DNA from: an uncultured Rivularia sp.
GTDB taxonomy: Bacteria; Cyanobacteriota; Cyanobacteriia; Cyanobacteriales; Nostocaceae
DNA: 64,000 bases
NCBI GenBank assembly: GCA_963665115.1
Contig: OY762007.1
Coordinates: 3,424,001 to 3,488,000 of the forward strand
Reading direction: 5' to 3'
A program made the translations under genes and the position numbers. Below the pieces are notes generated by a model. That model ran no database searches and was not told where the DNA came from. It saw only the letters and a list, made by a program, of their open reading frames with translations. Positions within the stretch are counted from its first letter, which is position 1. Each line of letters begins with the position of its first letter. Of the stretch, positions 31,501 to 42,604 are shown piece by piece.

Positions 31501-31872
31501 TATGCTTAAAGGAAGCGTTTGAGTAAACAGCAGCGGAATTGGATTAAACCCGATAACTACAGCTTTAGCTTTAACATAATTTGGGTCATTTTCTGTCGCT
31601 GGAATTGAAGAGTCTTCCAATCTTACACCAGTTAACGACCAACTTTTTACCGAACCAACCTTTACAGGGCGATTAATAAACTCAGTTAATTGCTCATCCA
31701 ATAAACCCGGTAACTTGCGACGAATAAAATAGTCTAAGCCAAAAAAACCAGCAACACCCAAACCTAGAAGAGAAACACCGGCAATTTTGATGGCATTACG
31801 CAGCCAAACACGTTTTCGCGGTTGACTTGGTGGATTTGGGGTTGAATCTTGTGGGGTATTTGGCGGTGTCAT
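25570..31872 (-). CDS. tamB: TamB/AsmA-family translocation and assembly module protein
   Basis: N-terminal TM anchor, long beta-rich Asn/Gly repeats, C-terminal DUF490-like region (NPQLDV, LTSTPTRSNSEILSLLG). Confidence 0.85.
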   Translation of the reverse strand: MTPPNTPQDSTPNPPSQPRKRVWLRNAIKIAGVSLLGLGVAGFFGLDYFIRRKLPGLLDEQLTEFINRPVKVGSVKSWSLTGVRLEDSSIPATENDPNYVKAKAVVIGFNPIPLLFTQTLPLSINLIEPDVYVEEDKQGEWVRLNLDTSDEGELPFDIDAKINLRRAKVAVLPQALKDPFAVEDINGYLNYSQNKSWQLQYGINAPVVKGKVDIDGVTQLTDYKSKINARIDNLSLPDLSNYVKDNLPVTIPSGLLNADLEIDLPGLSKFAETQVKGTGNLQKLQVKSPQLKVPVNATANLNFDGQKVSFGETKASYGNLIADVSGVADLDEGFDLKVNTNSFGIGSLLKTTSLKSPVNIDGNLQAQLLLKGDAENPILLGNVFSNRGIVVDKTAFSKVNAVFGGNFKQVFLQEFRATPATGGDILAKGKVSFPKSLPEVKDFSKSKVALVFDAIVANPGAVVAPYGVTDDMVRFGRLLAEGEVEGTLANPNGVLSWKLPQAEANIVGRVSGGGNVRLAGNRVTSNNTIQTAEGRVNIDGRANLATNNWNAAVNANTLTLNPFLAKVENVGERIKQSRIFLRRADINLAGSLNNFNPGSIRGNADVNLNVNQGNVAVNGNLNRGILTANANVRGIGLNKIVPELPLVVTVANTTANVSGRLNDLINYQSIDSLNSFRASVNGNLILPEVKGRGRVNFNGNGNFATKNWNLVANANSFPVTSLLSAEQKKQFRLNKLNQPVTLRRGNVRLAGNLDIINNFDLSRVNGNANLNLAVNNGRVLVDGNLNRGILQANVNANSIAANPFLPELPIPVTVANTRVNVSGRVNQLLEFESIEKLNKLNSFQATANGRLIVPGSRGDINFNANGNLATNNLQAVVNANRISLNQLLPDSPLPVTVNNSRVNVTGKIDRLLANNFDNLNADVNANLAVAKGSVRAIANLNNGRIASNINANNVNTPLLCRSFDISCPELSQLSAKLNLSGEVKPALEGNPILIQANQAYVTTLQQELNAKGQIVVVPGDDGISSWNVATDLNVEANSNLSKIPLKSIARELDEEGIPKIKGRADFSGRLIGRNLISAPFAPGNVRLAGNLALRNLALDKIAFQPLLQGPVDVNLGNSIEIDLQGKTDRIAASLQPCTRQDCLSPYLPSFFDLRQGVNTQNPILLSGRRQGDVLDIDLKNASLSLLNLVPVVEETIGTTVDGKATGNLDVNLFNLATAGNINVENPAIGAVKAKEFAADFSYDGEIARIDAATLQIGKTEYALQGNYNLKSQDINGKLVANDGRVQDIFAAVNVFNLEDLQGGVSSILNPEYGSVADVPTQPVGKPEAPILAQLRLFAEVINKIQQQAALQQEDNTNIQFDIKGEYDAEVVVAGKLTNPQVNFQLLGEKWEWRPQEEYVTYNRNLGVVVKENQAIDISKVVASGNYNNGIIQLDPAKVNVEGGEIAVDGTLELDGFKSLGTVKVANIPVKLAERFVDLPVDIGGAFNLQANLGGSGFKPDIPQGAFSLVNGTINQKPLGELAGNFNYVDSVGKLVTTPNSVVKVDATVAYPLQPNRTNTVAVQAKIDNEAFQLLDAFTQNQLQWIEGNGEVAIAINGELDPNAPTIRGALNELVATTAINIQNATIKTKQLESKIKLTAVGNANLQQETIQVEGISGTLAEAPFKIAGNLPIFQPNGNKPLRVILGSRNEDSEDIIFEEIEPKKIKLKGLYNGQIASNIAVSRTVLNPVISGDILLQRGKVEIPKREEEEKKEELEARVKNASTQEVATQSKQLNQPQQPNNSPINPTFNNFKVTLGRGFKFSRSLPRVNFRMAGDITVNGGLNNLRGNGEIELKRGSLFLLENSFFITRDRKQVVTFLPSRSLLNPQLDVELQTTVVDAPNFDRLQANDNEIRDDIVAAVNPEQIDVRILVEGEANELLASLGRDASDGDACITYQRNVRLSQLGTPTTDSANKLRTVANCINVNSKVSIQTKDLLDNPAVALTSTPTRSNSEILSLLGNRTFAALQKLEQQLTSGNETELLESLVLDYLVAPLETELTQEFLYQAQKPVNSLGKSIGLTRLQVFPSVTGLKDINENSSARFVYDYEAGEFRVQYEARF

Positions 31873-32532
31873 AAATGATTTAATCTAGGTAGAGTACGAT
31901 ATGATTCGACCTATATCTCTACCTTTGATAGATAAAGATATTGTGGGTATTATGATACGCCTTTGAAAAGTTTATACAAGGTAAATTGTTTACTTATTTT
32001 ATTTTTTTCCTATAGGAATAAGAGTTAATACTTTTTGGGGACAAAAATCTTGGTATTTTATGACAGTTTGTAATCTGGAATAATTATATAAGGGGTAGAC
32101 GGTAATTATAGCTGCATAGTTATTTTATTTCTTCCTCTGCGAGATTGAAATTTATATTATCAACAGAGATATCTGTTATTTTCGATTGTAGGGTGCGTTG
32201 TGGCGCGATAAAGAATTTGGAATGTGACGAAATATTTTTGTTTCGCGTCTAACGTACCACTTTGATGTTGAGCGGTACGCGAAATTTAGTTCGTGGTTGA
32301 TAATTCGTAGGTTGGCTTAGAAGCACAAATAGGTATCTTTCTCAACTAATGATTTAGATTTGCGGCGTAACCCAAGATTATCATCTTCGATAAAGGGCTT
32401 TCTTTTCAATTGCGATAAAGTTAAAACTTAATATATATTCCCGTATTCATACAGAAGATAAAAGGGGAAAAAACGGAAGAAAATGGAGATAATGGAAGAT
32501 TATCAAACATTAATTCAAAAAATAACTTAAAA

Positions 32533-35029
32533 ATGGCTATTTACGTCAACCTCAATGCTTCAGGAAGCGGCGACGGTAGTTCATGGGATAATGCATTTAC
32601 CAACTTACAGTTGGCATTAGCCAGTGCCACAACAGCAGATGAAATTTGGGTAGCCCAAGGTGTTTACAAACCTGGAGAAAATCGTACAGACAGTTTTCAA
32701 CTAAAAGATGGGGTTACTATTTACGGTGGCTTTGGGGGAGAGGAAACAGCTTTAGAACAAAGAGATATCAAGAATAATCTTACCTACCTCAGCGGTGATA
32801 TTGGAACAGAACGTAATAATAGCGATAACAGTTACACCGTAGTTAAATTAAACAGCGGTACCGCAACTCTTGACGGCTTCATCATTCAAGATGGTAATAA
32901 TACTCAAAGTGATGATGATTTGGATGACGGTGGTGGTGTTTACAACAATGGTGATTTAACTTTAAGAAATGTTGTAGTTCGTTATAACCAAGCTGCTGAT
33001 GATGGTGGGGGTATTCGCAACAACGGTACTATAACTATTATTGATAGCGAGATAACTTACAATACCTCTATCGGTACAAGTAGTACTAGTGGTGGTGGCG
33101 GGTTAATTAACACTGGCGATTCTGCAACTATCATTAACACTACCTTTACCAATAATTCAGCTAAAAACGGTGGTGCAATTCGCAATGATACTAATCTTAC
33201 TTTAACTAACAGTACTCTAAGTGGTAATACTGCATATGAAAGTGGTGGTGGGTTAGTTAATACGATTAATCCATTGATTTTGGCATTATCCTCGGATGAC
33301 AATGTAACGGGTACAGCCCAAGTCACAATTACCAACAGCATCATTACAAAAAATACAGCCCTAGATTCAAGTCAAAGTGGTTCGGCTGTAGGAAGCGGTA
33401 TTGCTAACTTTGCGATCGCGAATATTTCTGACAGCATTATTGCAGGTAATGGAAATGCAGATGATTTGGCAGATAATTTTACCGCTTTTGGCAAAACCGT
33501 AATTGGTAATAATACTAGCGGTGGAAATAACTCGATCGGTAACGGTGATGGTGTAAGCGGTTTTACTGATGGAAGTAACGGCGATAAAGTTGGTGCAAAA
33601 TACAATCGTATCAACCTTACTCTCAATGAAACTTTTGATAACGATTCGCAGTTTAAGAAGAGTACAAAATTTTTCTCTGACGGCAGCGATGATTACTTCG
33701 GTATTTCCGGTGGAGATGGTGGAAGCGATTATGGTAAGGGAAATCCACCTCCCAATATAAAAGCATATACCGGATTTACCAATAGCTTCTTAACAGGTCA
33801 AGACTTGGATGGAGAAGGAGCATCACTACCAATAACGCTCAACTGGTCAAATTTAGATATCAAATGGTTAACTAATTTGCAGTTTAGCGGCGACTTTGCC
33901 CAATTCTTCGATTCACCCGGCGATATTGATGCTCCTGATTCTATTAAACTTTATTACAGCATCGATGATGGTCAAGAACAAAATCTACTTTGGTTCTCTG
34001 GAACTGACTTTAATAACAACTCATCTAATGGTGTATTCTCTCAAGATACAAACTTTGATGGAGTGGGAGACGGAACAGAATTAGGTGATGCGGTACAGAA
34101 TTTTTCCACAGCGATAGCTGGTACCGGTTCCAGACTCGATCTCAAGTTAGAGATTAGTCTTAATGCTGGTAATGAAGACTTTGCAATTGACAATTTTTTA
34201 ATTACTGGCATAACAGCTCCTATTGAAGGAGATGAAGCTAAAGACAACTTAATAGGAACCTCTAGTCACGACCAAATTAACGGTTTTGCAGGGAAACGAT
34301 TACCTCAAAGGGGAACAAGGAGATGACATACTTGATGGAGGAGAAGGTAAAGATAGACTTTATGGTGAAGATGGTGAAGATATTTTAAGTGGTGGAACCG
34401 GAAACGACTATTTAAACGGCGGAAACGATAAAGATTCACTCGATGGAGGAGAAGGTAAAGATAGACTTTACGGTGGTGATGCTGACGATACTTTATTTGG
34501 TGGTGCAGGGAATGACTACCTTAATGGCGGAGAGGGTGAAGATTCACTTGATGGAGGGGAAGGAAAAGACAGACTTTACGGTGGTGACTTAAACGATACT
34601 TTAATTGGTGGTAGCGGTAACGACCTTATTTATGGTGGTAATGGTAATGATAATATTGTAGGTCTTGATATTACTACTTTCGGTATCGGTGAAGTTGATA
34701 GACTTAGAGGAAATGCTGGTGAAGATACCTTTGTTTTAGGAGACGAAAACCGTACTTTTTATAACGATGGCAAAAATACAAACGCAGGTAGATCCGACTA
34801 TGCCATTATTGAAGATTTTAACCAGGATGAAGATTTGATTCAACTTTCTTTCGGCGAACAAAACGATTACTATCTTGGTGCTAGTGGTAAAAGCACTAAT
34901 ATTTACATTGATAACGATGGTATCAGCGGATTGAGTCGCAATGATGAATTGATCGGAATAATTAGGGGAGTTTCTCTAAATGAAGGGATGATTGATAATA
35001 TCAAAGGATTTAGTTTTGCTGGATTTTAA
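32533..35029 (+). CDS. Secreted Ca-binding protein with N-terminal beta-helix and C-terminal RTX repeats; apparent +1 frameshift near 34292
   Basis: YVNLNASGSGDGSSWDNAF, GGG.xN repeats, GGxGxDxL nonapeptides. Confidence 0.85.
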
Positions 35030-35118
35030 AAAGTAAAGTTAATTTAGCAATTTTTAATCGGACTTAGATAGCTAAAACAAAAGGAAACATCCCAATTTTA
35101 CAAAAAGCCCGCAGGCTT

Positions 35119-35229
35119 CTAGTACCGCTGCGCGGAAGTAAAAAGTCAAAAGTAAGAAGTAAAAAGTATTATATGATAAGGCTTTCAAACTTTTTAAATG
35201 GGTGCTTTATTTACGCCGTACTGTACTAG
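35119..35229. mobile_element. MITE-like element (CTAGTAC...GTACTAG), apparently nested inside another inverted-repeat element
   Basis: Terminal inverted repeats; outer ACATCCCAAT (~35087) and ATTGAGATGCTCCC (~35262). Confidence 0.5.
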
Positions 35230-35679
35230 GGTGTTGGGGTAAATAAAATATATGTTCCGGCATTGAGATGCTCCCAAACAAAATATAGTGTTGCAGATAT
35301 TCAGTTCCCCTTAACCCTTATAAAAAATGAGGGTTTTTTTATAGGTTAAATTACATTTATTTACACCCATTTTCTACAAGTAGATGTAATTAAGCAACTC
35401 TTGCTCTTTCTTTTAAGTTATTTAAATAAATAGCTTACTTTTTCGGAATATATACGCATAAATATTAATTAGAGTATAAAGAACAGAATATTTACTGATG
35501 CTATACGTAGGATAAATTGATTATATTCTTTTGAAGCTACTACCATTTTTCGATCTATCTATTAATACAGATATAAATTAATTAGAATATTAACTACTTA
35601 ATTTTGTGCAGCTATTAAAAAACATTAATAATTAGTTGACTTAAATAGAAGCTAATCTTATAAGCGATCGAGTTATACA

Positions 35680-38148
35680 ATGCCGGTAAAAATTAAAGGG
35701 TACATCATCATTCCATCTTTTTCAATATGGTTAGCTTTAAGTAATCAGATAGCATTCGCTAATAAAATAAATCCTTTATTAAAAGAAAATAATGAATTTT
35801 CCAGCGAATTCAACAGCCATAAAGAAAAGGATATTTTAGTTAAAAAAAATGCATTTCGTGAAAAATTAAAAGTAAAATTTAAAAATTATGTATCGGATAA
35901 TCGTGATTCACTAAAGCAAGAAAAAAAATCATCCGATCGGTTATTCGATGTTTCTCCAACAAATACTCGTAAGGGAAAGTTGATTGCAGATGCAATTAAA
36001 GATTTAAATACAGCCACAAAACTAAATTATCAAAGCTCTAAAATATCCGATAAAAATTCATTGAGAGCTTTACCTTTAATTGAGAGATTAGCCGAGCAGC
36101 CAGAAGTAAAGCCATCAAAATTATCTGACTCCAACTCAAATTATATTCTTCCACCAACAGTAGCTGCTCCAGAAAAAATTCACCCTTTTACAACAACTTT
36201 ACCTTTAAATGGTATACCCATCAGCCATTTAACCGAATGGGAATTGTATACCGGAGCCATTTTTGGAGATAATACAAATACAAGTATTTCTGCGGGTGGG
36301 ATTGTTAAACTTGATGGACAAGTAACAGAAAGTTTGACTAAAGATAATATTTATACAGTCGATCAAAAAGGCAGCTATTTACAGCTACAAAGAATAAGAG
36401 AAACTAGGAAAGTCGAGTTAACAAGGAACGAACCGCATACAATGATTGGTATGCAAATGCAAATGACTTTTACTGCTTCCTGCTTAACTGGTGAAGATAT
36501 TGAAAATAAAAAATGCTCTTACACACCCGGTTTAATTACCGATAGAGACAGTATCGATCCCGACTTCTTTGTACCAACTCGTATAGTCCAAACGGCTAAT
36601 ATGAACGAAGTTGTTACTCCCGAATCATTGGCTATTATGCAGCTTCCAGGTTTTCAAACTGGAGCCAACGGACAACAAGTTGGACTAGATTTATATTTTC
36701 CTAATGCAGGAGCATTTCCCGGTAATACTCAAGGAAATCAAGTTTTCTATGAAAGAAAAGAAAAAATTAATAATACTCAAATAGGGTTATATTCTAAAGT
36801 CAGACAAATTGTCAAAGCTAATCACGAAAAATCTGTGATTGGACGTACAATTCGTGGCTTTGGATTGATAACAGATAGCGATAATCTACTATTAAATTCT
36901 GCCGTACAGTTAGGGAATTTTGTTTTACCCGATGTTAAACCTCGCTTGGAAGAAAGTATTAAAAAAGTTAATACGAATATCAATAAAAACTTATTTTTAG
37001 CAGCTAACAACGTTAGAATTCCAACCAGTAGTTATACCTTCTATCATGCTGGAATCGGTTCCGCTGATAGTCTTAAGCCCGGTATTAAAAAAAGAAGTCA
37101 AATTCCCAGAGCAAAGTTTAATAGCGTTTGGGTTGGCATTTCTCCAGTTATCGATCGCAGAATTGACAGAATAAATCGATATAAACCTACCGGGAAGCAA
37201 AGAATAATCGCTGATGGAGGTGGAGAAGGAGGAGTTGATTCAAATGTAGATTTGCTTTCTGTTGTTAACGGTGAAAATTTTGCTGCCAACGAAATAGAAG
37301 ATTTTTACGGTCAAATTTATCTAACTAATTTTGCTCAAGACGTTAATTTTGTCACCGGGAATCGATTTGTAGAGGATATCAAATATTATCCCCATATTAG
37401 CTTTACAGGAAATATTTTAGGTTCTTTAGATAGCTTTAAATATTACACGGGCGTTATAACAGGTAAAACAATTAAAGCTTATGCTGGTAGTGACTATACT
37501 CGTAACTTCGGTAATTTAAATATTTCTACAGGGGCTATTGGCTATATTAATCCCGATAGAGATTATTACTCTCAACTATACGGTAGTCTTTCTCAAAGAA
37601 TTGGCTCTAGTAGAAGAACTAACTTAGTTTTATCAAGTCGTTTTAACTACGCATTAGACAGAGAAAATCGTATAGGAAAAATTGAAAGTGAAGCACCTGC
37701 AAGTTTTGTCACGGTTAGAGCAAGAGCTAATTTTGGTAACGTTTCTTTGGGTGTAGTCAACTATTTTGACGATATTTTACCAGATTCTGTAGATAAAACA
37801 TTACTGGCAGATTTAGCAATTAAATTTAGTAACAACTTTCAGCTAACAGGTTTTTATACACCGATAAATGAAGCTTCTAGTCAGTCTCGCTATGGAGCCA
37901 CAGCAAAACTAAGATTGGGTGGTAAGTATAATAGTCCAACAATGTCTCTTTCTTGGACGAATAATTATTATGACTTAGGTAAAGATAGTGAAGGAATTAA
38001 ACTTCGTTTTACTGATAATGTATTTAAGGTATTATTCAGATTTGGAAGTCCAGGAAACCCATTTAAGAGAGTAGATAATAAGCGGATTTTGCGACGAAAT
38101 AGGAAAAAGCTTATAGATGGATTATTGAGGGAAAAGAAAAGAATTTAA
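35680..38148 (+). CDS. Large exported hypothetical protein with beta-strand-rich C-terminal half
   Basis: 822 aa; signal-like N-terminus (IAFA); alternating aromatic/hydrophobic strands near the C-terminus. Confidence 0.75.
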   Translation: MPVKIKGYIIIPSFSIWLALSNQIAFANKINPLLKENNEFSSEFNSHKEKDILVKKNAFREKLKVKFKNYVSDNRDSLKQEKKSSDRLFDVSPTNTRKGKLIADAIKDLNTATKLNYQSSKISDKNSLRALPLIERLAEQPEVKPSKLSDSNSNYILPPTVAAPEKIHPFTTTLPLNGIPISHLTEWELYTGAIFGDNTNTSISAGGIVKLDGQVTESLTKDNIYTVDQKGSYLQLQRIRETRKVELTRNEPHTMIGMQMQMTFTASCLTGEDIENKKCSYTPGLITDRDSIDPDFFVPTRIVQTANMNEVVTPESLAIMQLPGFQTGANGQQVGLDLYFPNAGAFPGNTQGNQVFYERKEKINNTQIGLYSKVRQIVKANHEKSVIGRTIRGFGLITDSDNLLLNSAVQLGNFVLPDVKPRLEESIKKVNTNINKNLFLAANNVRIPTSSYTFYHAGIGSADSLKPGIKKRSQIPRAKFNSVWVGISPVIDRRIDRINRYKPTGKQRIIADGGGEGGVDSNVDLLSVVNGENFAANEIEDFYGQIYLTNFAQDVNFVTGNRFVEDIKYYPHISFTGNILGSLDSFKYYTGVITGKTIKAYAGSDYTRNFGNLNISTGAIGYINPDRDYYSQLYGSLSQRIGSSRRTNLVLSSRFNYALDRENRIGKIESEAPASFVTVRARANFGNVSLGVVNYFDDILPDSVDKTLLADLAIKFSNNFQLTGFYTPINEASSQSRYGATAKLRLGGKYNSPTMSLSWTNNYYDLGKDSEGIKLRFTDNVFKVLFRFGSPGNPFKRVDNKRILRRNRKKLIDGLLREKKRI

Positions 38149-38453
38149 CCTCACCCCCTTCCCCTCTCCTTATCAAGGAGAGGGGTGTTTTTTAGCCTCG
38201 TGACTCATTCCCTTTTCTTTATCAAGGAGAGGAGTGTTTTTTTACCTCGTGACTCATTCCCTTCTCTTTATCAAGGAGAGGAGTGTTTTTTTACCTCGTG
38301 ACTCATTCCCTTCTCCTTAACAAGGAGAGGAGTGTTTTTTTACCTCGTGACTCATTCCCTTCTCCTTAACAAGGAGAGGAGTGTTTTTTACCTCGTGACT
38401 CATTCCCTTCTCCTTAACAAGGAGAGGGGTGTCCGTTAGGACGGGGTGAGGTT
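38147..38453. repeat. Six tandem 48-49-bp hairpin units inside a palindromic dispersed repeat
   Basis: (CCTCGTGACTCATTCCCTTCTCCTTAACAAGGAGAGGAGTGTTTTTTTA)n bounded by AACCTCACCCC...GGGGTGAGGTT. Confidence 0.9.
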
Positions 38454-38572
38454 TTAATATTGTGAAATAAACAAACAGAGACGCAACTAAAAGCTACGTC
38501 TCTGATAACATTTGAATTTTAACTTGTTAGAAAAATTTTACAAAACCAAACGCTATTTTTGTTATCAATTTG

Positions 38573-38987
38573 TTATGGGGCAGGAGCATCAGGAATTGTA
38601 GCAATAACGTCACCATTTCCAGTACCCAACTGAATGGTTGCAGCACCAGTCAATTCGTTAGCTTGTGCAGTTTCCAAGTGCAGCATCAACTTCACCAGCC
38701 ATACTTGCCGCAGCCGGATCTCCCATACCAGTGATATCGATTTTGCCAGCAGAGCCTAAAGCGAAGGCAGAATTAAAATTCTCATCAATATTATTAAAAG
38801 CTGCGGCTGATGCATCGTTTTTACCTACAGAAGCAGCTACAGCAACTCCATTAACGTTACCATCATCAATTGTGAAAGCAGCAGCACCAGCAGCGCCACC
38901 TTCACCAGCAAAAGCTCCAGAAGATAGACTCAATACGCTCGCAGTAGCAGCAAATAAAGAAATAGATAGTTTTTGGCTGAATTTCAT
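38573..38987 (-). CDS. Small secreted Ala/Gly-rich protein; apparent +1 frameshift near 38672
   Basis: Signal peptide ending GAFA; GEGGAAGAAAFTI...VAVAASVGK; corrected frame continues LGTAQANELTGAATIQLGTG...PAP*. Confidence 0.75.
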
Positions 38988-39560
38988 GATGCAATCCCTT
39001 TTTTTAAGTACTTTTTGTCAAATTAAAGAAGCACAATGTCTTCGTCGTGGTTGATATTCTCTCGATTTCAACGCACTTATAAATATAACCTATTGCATAT
39101 TCGGCTACAGAGATAACAGAGTATTTACTTAATTGAATACAAAGTTTTTTATGGGAATAAATGATGTTTTTAGATAAATTAGGTAATAATTTTTCAACGT
39201 GACTCTACACTCAAGTTAATAGAGTCAAACGTTTTTTAGATATTTAACTGAAGTGAAAGACAAAAATCCGAAGTTCCTAGCAAAATCGCTCGCTGGCTAT
39301 AAGCAGGAACCTATTTTTACAAAGCCCGCCTGCGTGGCTTAGAAAATTAATTCACAATCAATATAGGTATAATTTTTTACTTTACCTGCAATTTTGTAAG
39401 CTGCGGGCTTTAGAGTTTCTTTGCCGTTAGTAATCCGAAACGTTAATCAGTTTATTAATTCAAACAACAATATACAAACTTTCGTATCTTAATATCTCTA
39501 CTAACATTCAATTAAAACCAGATTTTTCGGTATTATAAAGATAATCCTAACTTCTTAACA

Positions 39561-39595
39561 AAATCGCCCGCACTATTTTCGAGTACGGGCGATTT
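39561..39595 (-). terminator. Probable intrinsic terminator downstream of lepA
   Basis: AAATCGCCCG...CGGGCGATTT stem followed by TTTTGTT on the minus strand. Confidence 0.6.
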
Positions 39596-39681
39596 CCCTT
39601 TATATGTTTGTTTTTGTGACAAGGTTCGTAGTTGCGCTTTAGCGCCAAACCTATGTAGCGCTTTAGCGTAATTACAAACGA

Positions 39682-41497
39682 TTACGCATTTTGATCCAGC
39701 TTCAATACGGCCATAAATGCTTCCTGGGGAACATCAACCGTACCCACAGATTTCATCCGCTTTTTACCTTTGGCTTGCTTTTGCAAAAGTTTCTTCTTCC
39801 GACTAATATCACCACCGTAACATTTGGCTAATACATCCTTCCGCAATGCTGGAATATGTTCTGAGGCAATTACCTTACTGCCAATAGAGGCTTGAATTGG
39901 TACTTTAAATTGGTGACGGGGAATTAATTCCTTCAATTTTTCAGCCATCCCTCGCCCAACGTTATAAGCTTTATCGCGGTGGACAATCATTGCCAAGGAG
40001 TCAACCGGATCTCCATTAATCAACAAGTCCAATTTCACCAAATGATTTTCACGATAACCAATTAGCTGATATTCCATACTCGCATAACCACGCGATCGCG
40101 ATTTCATTTGATCGAAAAAGTCGGTGACAACTTCGGCTAAAGGTAATTCGTAGGTTAATGTAGTTCGTCCTTGGGTTAAGTATTTCATGTCTTTAAATAC
40201 ACCCCGACGATTTTGAGATAACTCCATCAAGGTTCCCACGTACTCTTCAGGAGTAATCATTTCTACCTTTACGTAAGGCTCCTCAATTTTCTCTCGCTCG
40301 TTAGGAGAAGGTAAATTAGCGGGATTATCAACGAAAACCACTTCACCCTTATTAGTAGTTACTCTGTAAATTACTGAAGGAGCAGTAATAATTAAATCCA
40401 GATTATACTCGCGTTCCAAACGTTCCTGGACAATTTCCATGTGCAGCAAACCCAAGAAGCCGCAACGGAAACCAAAACCCATCGCGCTGGAAGTTTCCGG
40501 TTCAAATTGCAAAGCTGCATCATTAAGCTTAAGTTTATCTAAAGCTTCTCGTAAATCCTTGAATTGGTCGGAATCGATCGGAAACATCCCGCAAAATACC
40601 ATCGGGTTAGCTTCGGCATAACCGGGTAAAGCTTGTGTTGCTTTCGCTTTACTTAAAGTAATCGTATCCCCTACCCGCGCATCTTCCACAGCTTTAATCG
40701 CCGCTGCAAAATAACCTACTTCCCCAGCGTGAAGTTCGTCTAATTGCACCTGATTGGGAGAAAGAACCCCTAACTCATCAATTTCATATTCCTTACCAGA
40801 AGCCATCAGATAGACTTTATCGCCTTTCTTGACTTTGCCATCCATCACCCGGAAATAAACAATTACTCCCCGGTAGCTATCATAATAACTATCAAAAATT
40901 AACGCCCGTAAAGGTTCATCAATGCTATTCTGGGGCTGCGGTACTCGTTCGACAATTGTTTCTAAAATCTCGGGAATACCGATTCCCTCCTTAGCAGAAG
41001 CAAGAATCGCACCGCTGCAATCCAAACCAATAACTTCTTCAATTTCCCCAGCAACCCGTTCCGGTTCGGCACCCGGTAAATCAATTTTATTTAAAACCGG
41101 GATGATTTCTAAATCATTCTCGATTGCCAAATAAACATTAGCTAAAGTCTGGGCTTCCACACCTTGAGAAGCATCTACCACCAATAACGCCCCTTCACAA
41201 GCTACCAAGCTGCGAGACACCTCATAAGAGAAATCAACATGGCCGGGAGTATCAATAAGATTCAGTACATATTCCTGACCATCTTTAGCCTTGTAATTCA
41301 TCCGGGGCCGCTTGCAGCTTAATAGTAATGCCGCGCTCCCGTTCCAAGTCCATATTATCGAGAAACTGCTCCTTCATCTGTCGATTTTCCACCGTACCAG
41401 TGGCTTGCAGAAGACGGTCAGCCAAAGTTGATTTACCGTGGTCAATGTGAGCGATAATGCAAAAATTACGAATGCGAGAAGCGGGAACGTCAGTCAT
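39682..41497 (-). CDS. lepA: Elongation factor 4 (LepA); apparent +1 frameshift near 41305
   Basis: [41 protein letters not shown]; one extra base in the GGGG run. Confidence 0.97.
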
Positions 41498-41611
41498 ATA
41501 CTTATTAATAAAGCTGTATTCTGCAATCTTGATCTTAATAAAAAAAGCCTTTTACCTAACGTATTGTAATGCTTTCTTCGCAAACACGCTGCTCAAACTT
41601 GTAACAGGACA

Positions 41612-42090
41612 GTAGGGAGTAGAAAGTAGGGAGTAGAGAGTTAGGAGTAGAAAGTAGGGAGTAGAGAGTAGGGAGTAGAGAGTAGAGAGTAGGGAGTAGA
41701 AAGCAGGGAGTAGAGAGTAGGGAGTAGAGAGTAGGGAGTTAGGAGTAGACAGTAGGGAGTAGAAAGTAGGGAGTAGAAAGTAGGGAGTAGAAAGTAGAGA
41801 GTAGGGAGTAGAAAGTAGGGAGTAGAGAGTAGGGAGTAGGGAGTAGAGAGTAGGGAGTAGAAAGTAGGGAGTAGAAAGTAGGGAGTAGAAAGTAGGGAGT
41901 AGAAAGTAGGGAGTAGGGAGTAGAAAGTAGGGAGTAGAGAGTAGGGAGTAGGGAGTAGAGAGTAGGGAGTAGAAAGTAGGGAGTAGGGAGTAGGGAGTAG
42001 AAAGTAGGGAGTAGAAAGTAGGGAGTAGAAAGTAGGGAGTAGAAAGTAGGGAGTAGAGAGTTAGGATTTCGGAGTTAGGAGTTAGGAGTA
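41612..42090. repeat. Long STRR tract (AGTAGGG/AGTAGAA/AGTAGAG)n, ~480 bp
   Basis: Tandem 7-mers with 14-mer higher-order periodicity. Confidence 0.95.
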
Positions 42091-42367
42091 GTTAAATTAG
42101 TTTTAATTAATAATATTGCCGACTGGGCTGCAAAGAGCATTAATTCACTACTTTTTACTCATTACTCATTACTCACTACTCACTACTCACTACTCTCCTC
42201 AAAAGGTACTGGTATTGTTATCCTGGGGGCGTAAAATAAACATGGATGAATGTAGGGCAGCAAGCAACCCGCTTAGTTGGGTAAATAACAAACACTTTGT
42301 TCAACTGTAGGTAAAGCTCCCTGACTTAGCTAGCCTTGGGATAAATAACGCGCAGAGAATATTAGCT

Positions 42368-42604
42368 ATGAACATGAAAGAAAGACCGGATCTCGCGGAA
42401 AACATATTATCCGAGAAGGTAGAAGTTGCTATCCGCTTGGATTCTGAATTATTAGAGAAAATTAGTCACCTGAGTAATGATCCTTCTAAAGTAATTGAAG
42501 TGGCACTGCGTCAGTGGTTGCGCGGCGATATTCCCAGAGATGATGAACTGACGCGCACTCCCCATAGAATAAAGGTTCCACCTCGGGGTGAGTGGAACGA
42601 TTAA
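42368..42604 (+). CDS. Small ribbon-helix-helix (CcdA-like) cyanobacterial protein
   Basis: VEVAIRLDSELLEKI...SKVIEVALRQWL pattern; no toxin partner adjacent. Confidence 0.65.
   Translation: MNMKERPDLAENILSEKVEVAIRLDSELLEKISHLSNDPSKVIEVALRQWLRGDIPRDDELTRTPHRIKVPPRGEWND

Noticed and set aside
38147..38453. CRISPR array
   Set aside because: Units are contiguous near-identical 48-49-mers with no unique spacers, and no cas genes are present.
42368..42604. Second toxin-antitoxin system
   Set aside because: RHH/CcdA-like small protein has no adjacent toxin ORF; the next gene is a histidine kinase.
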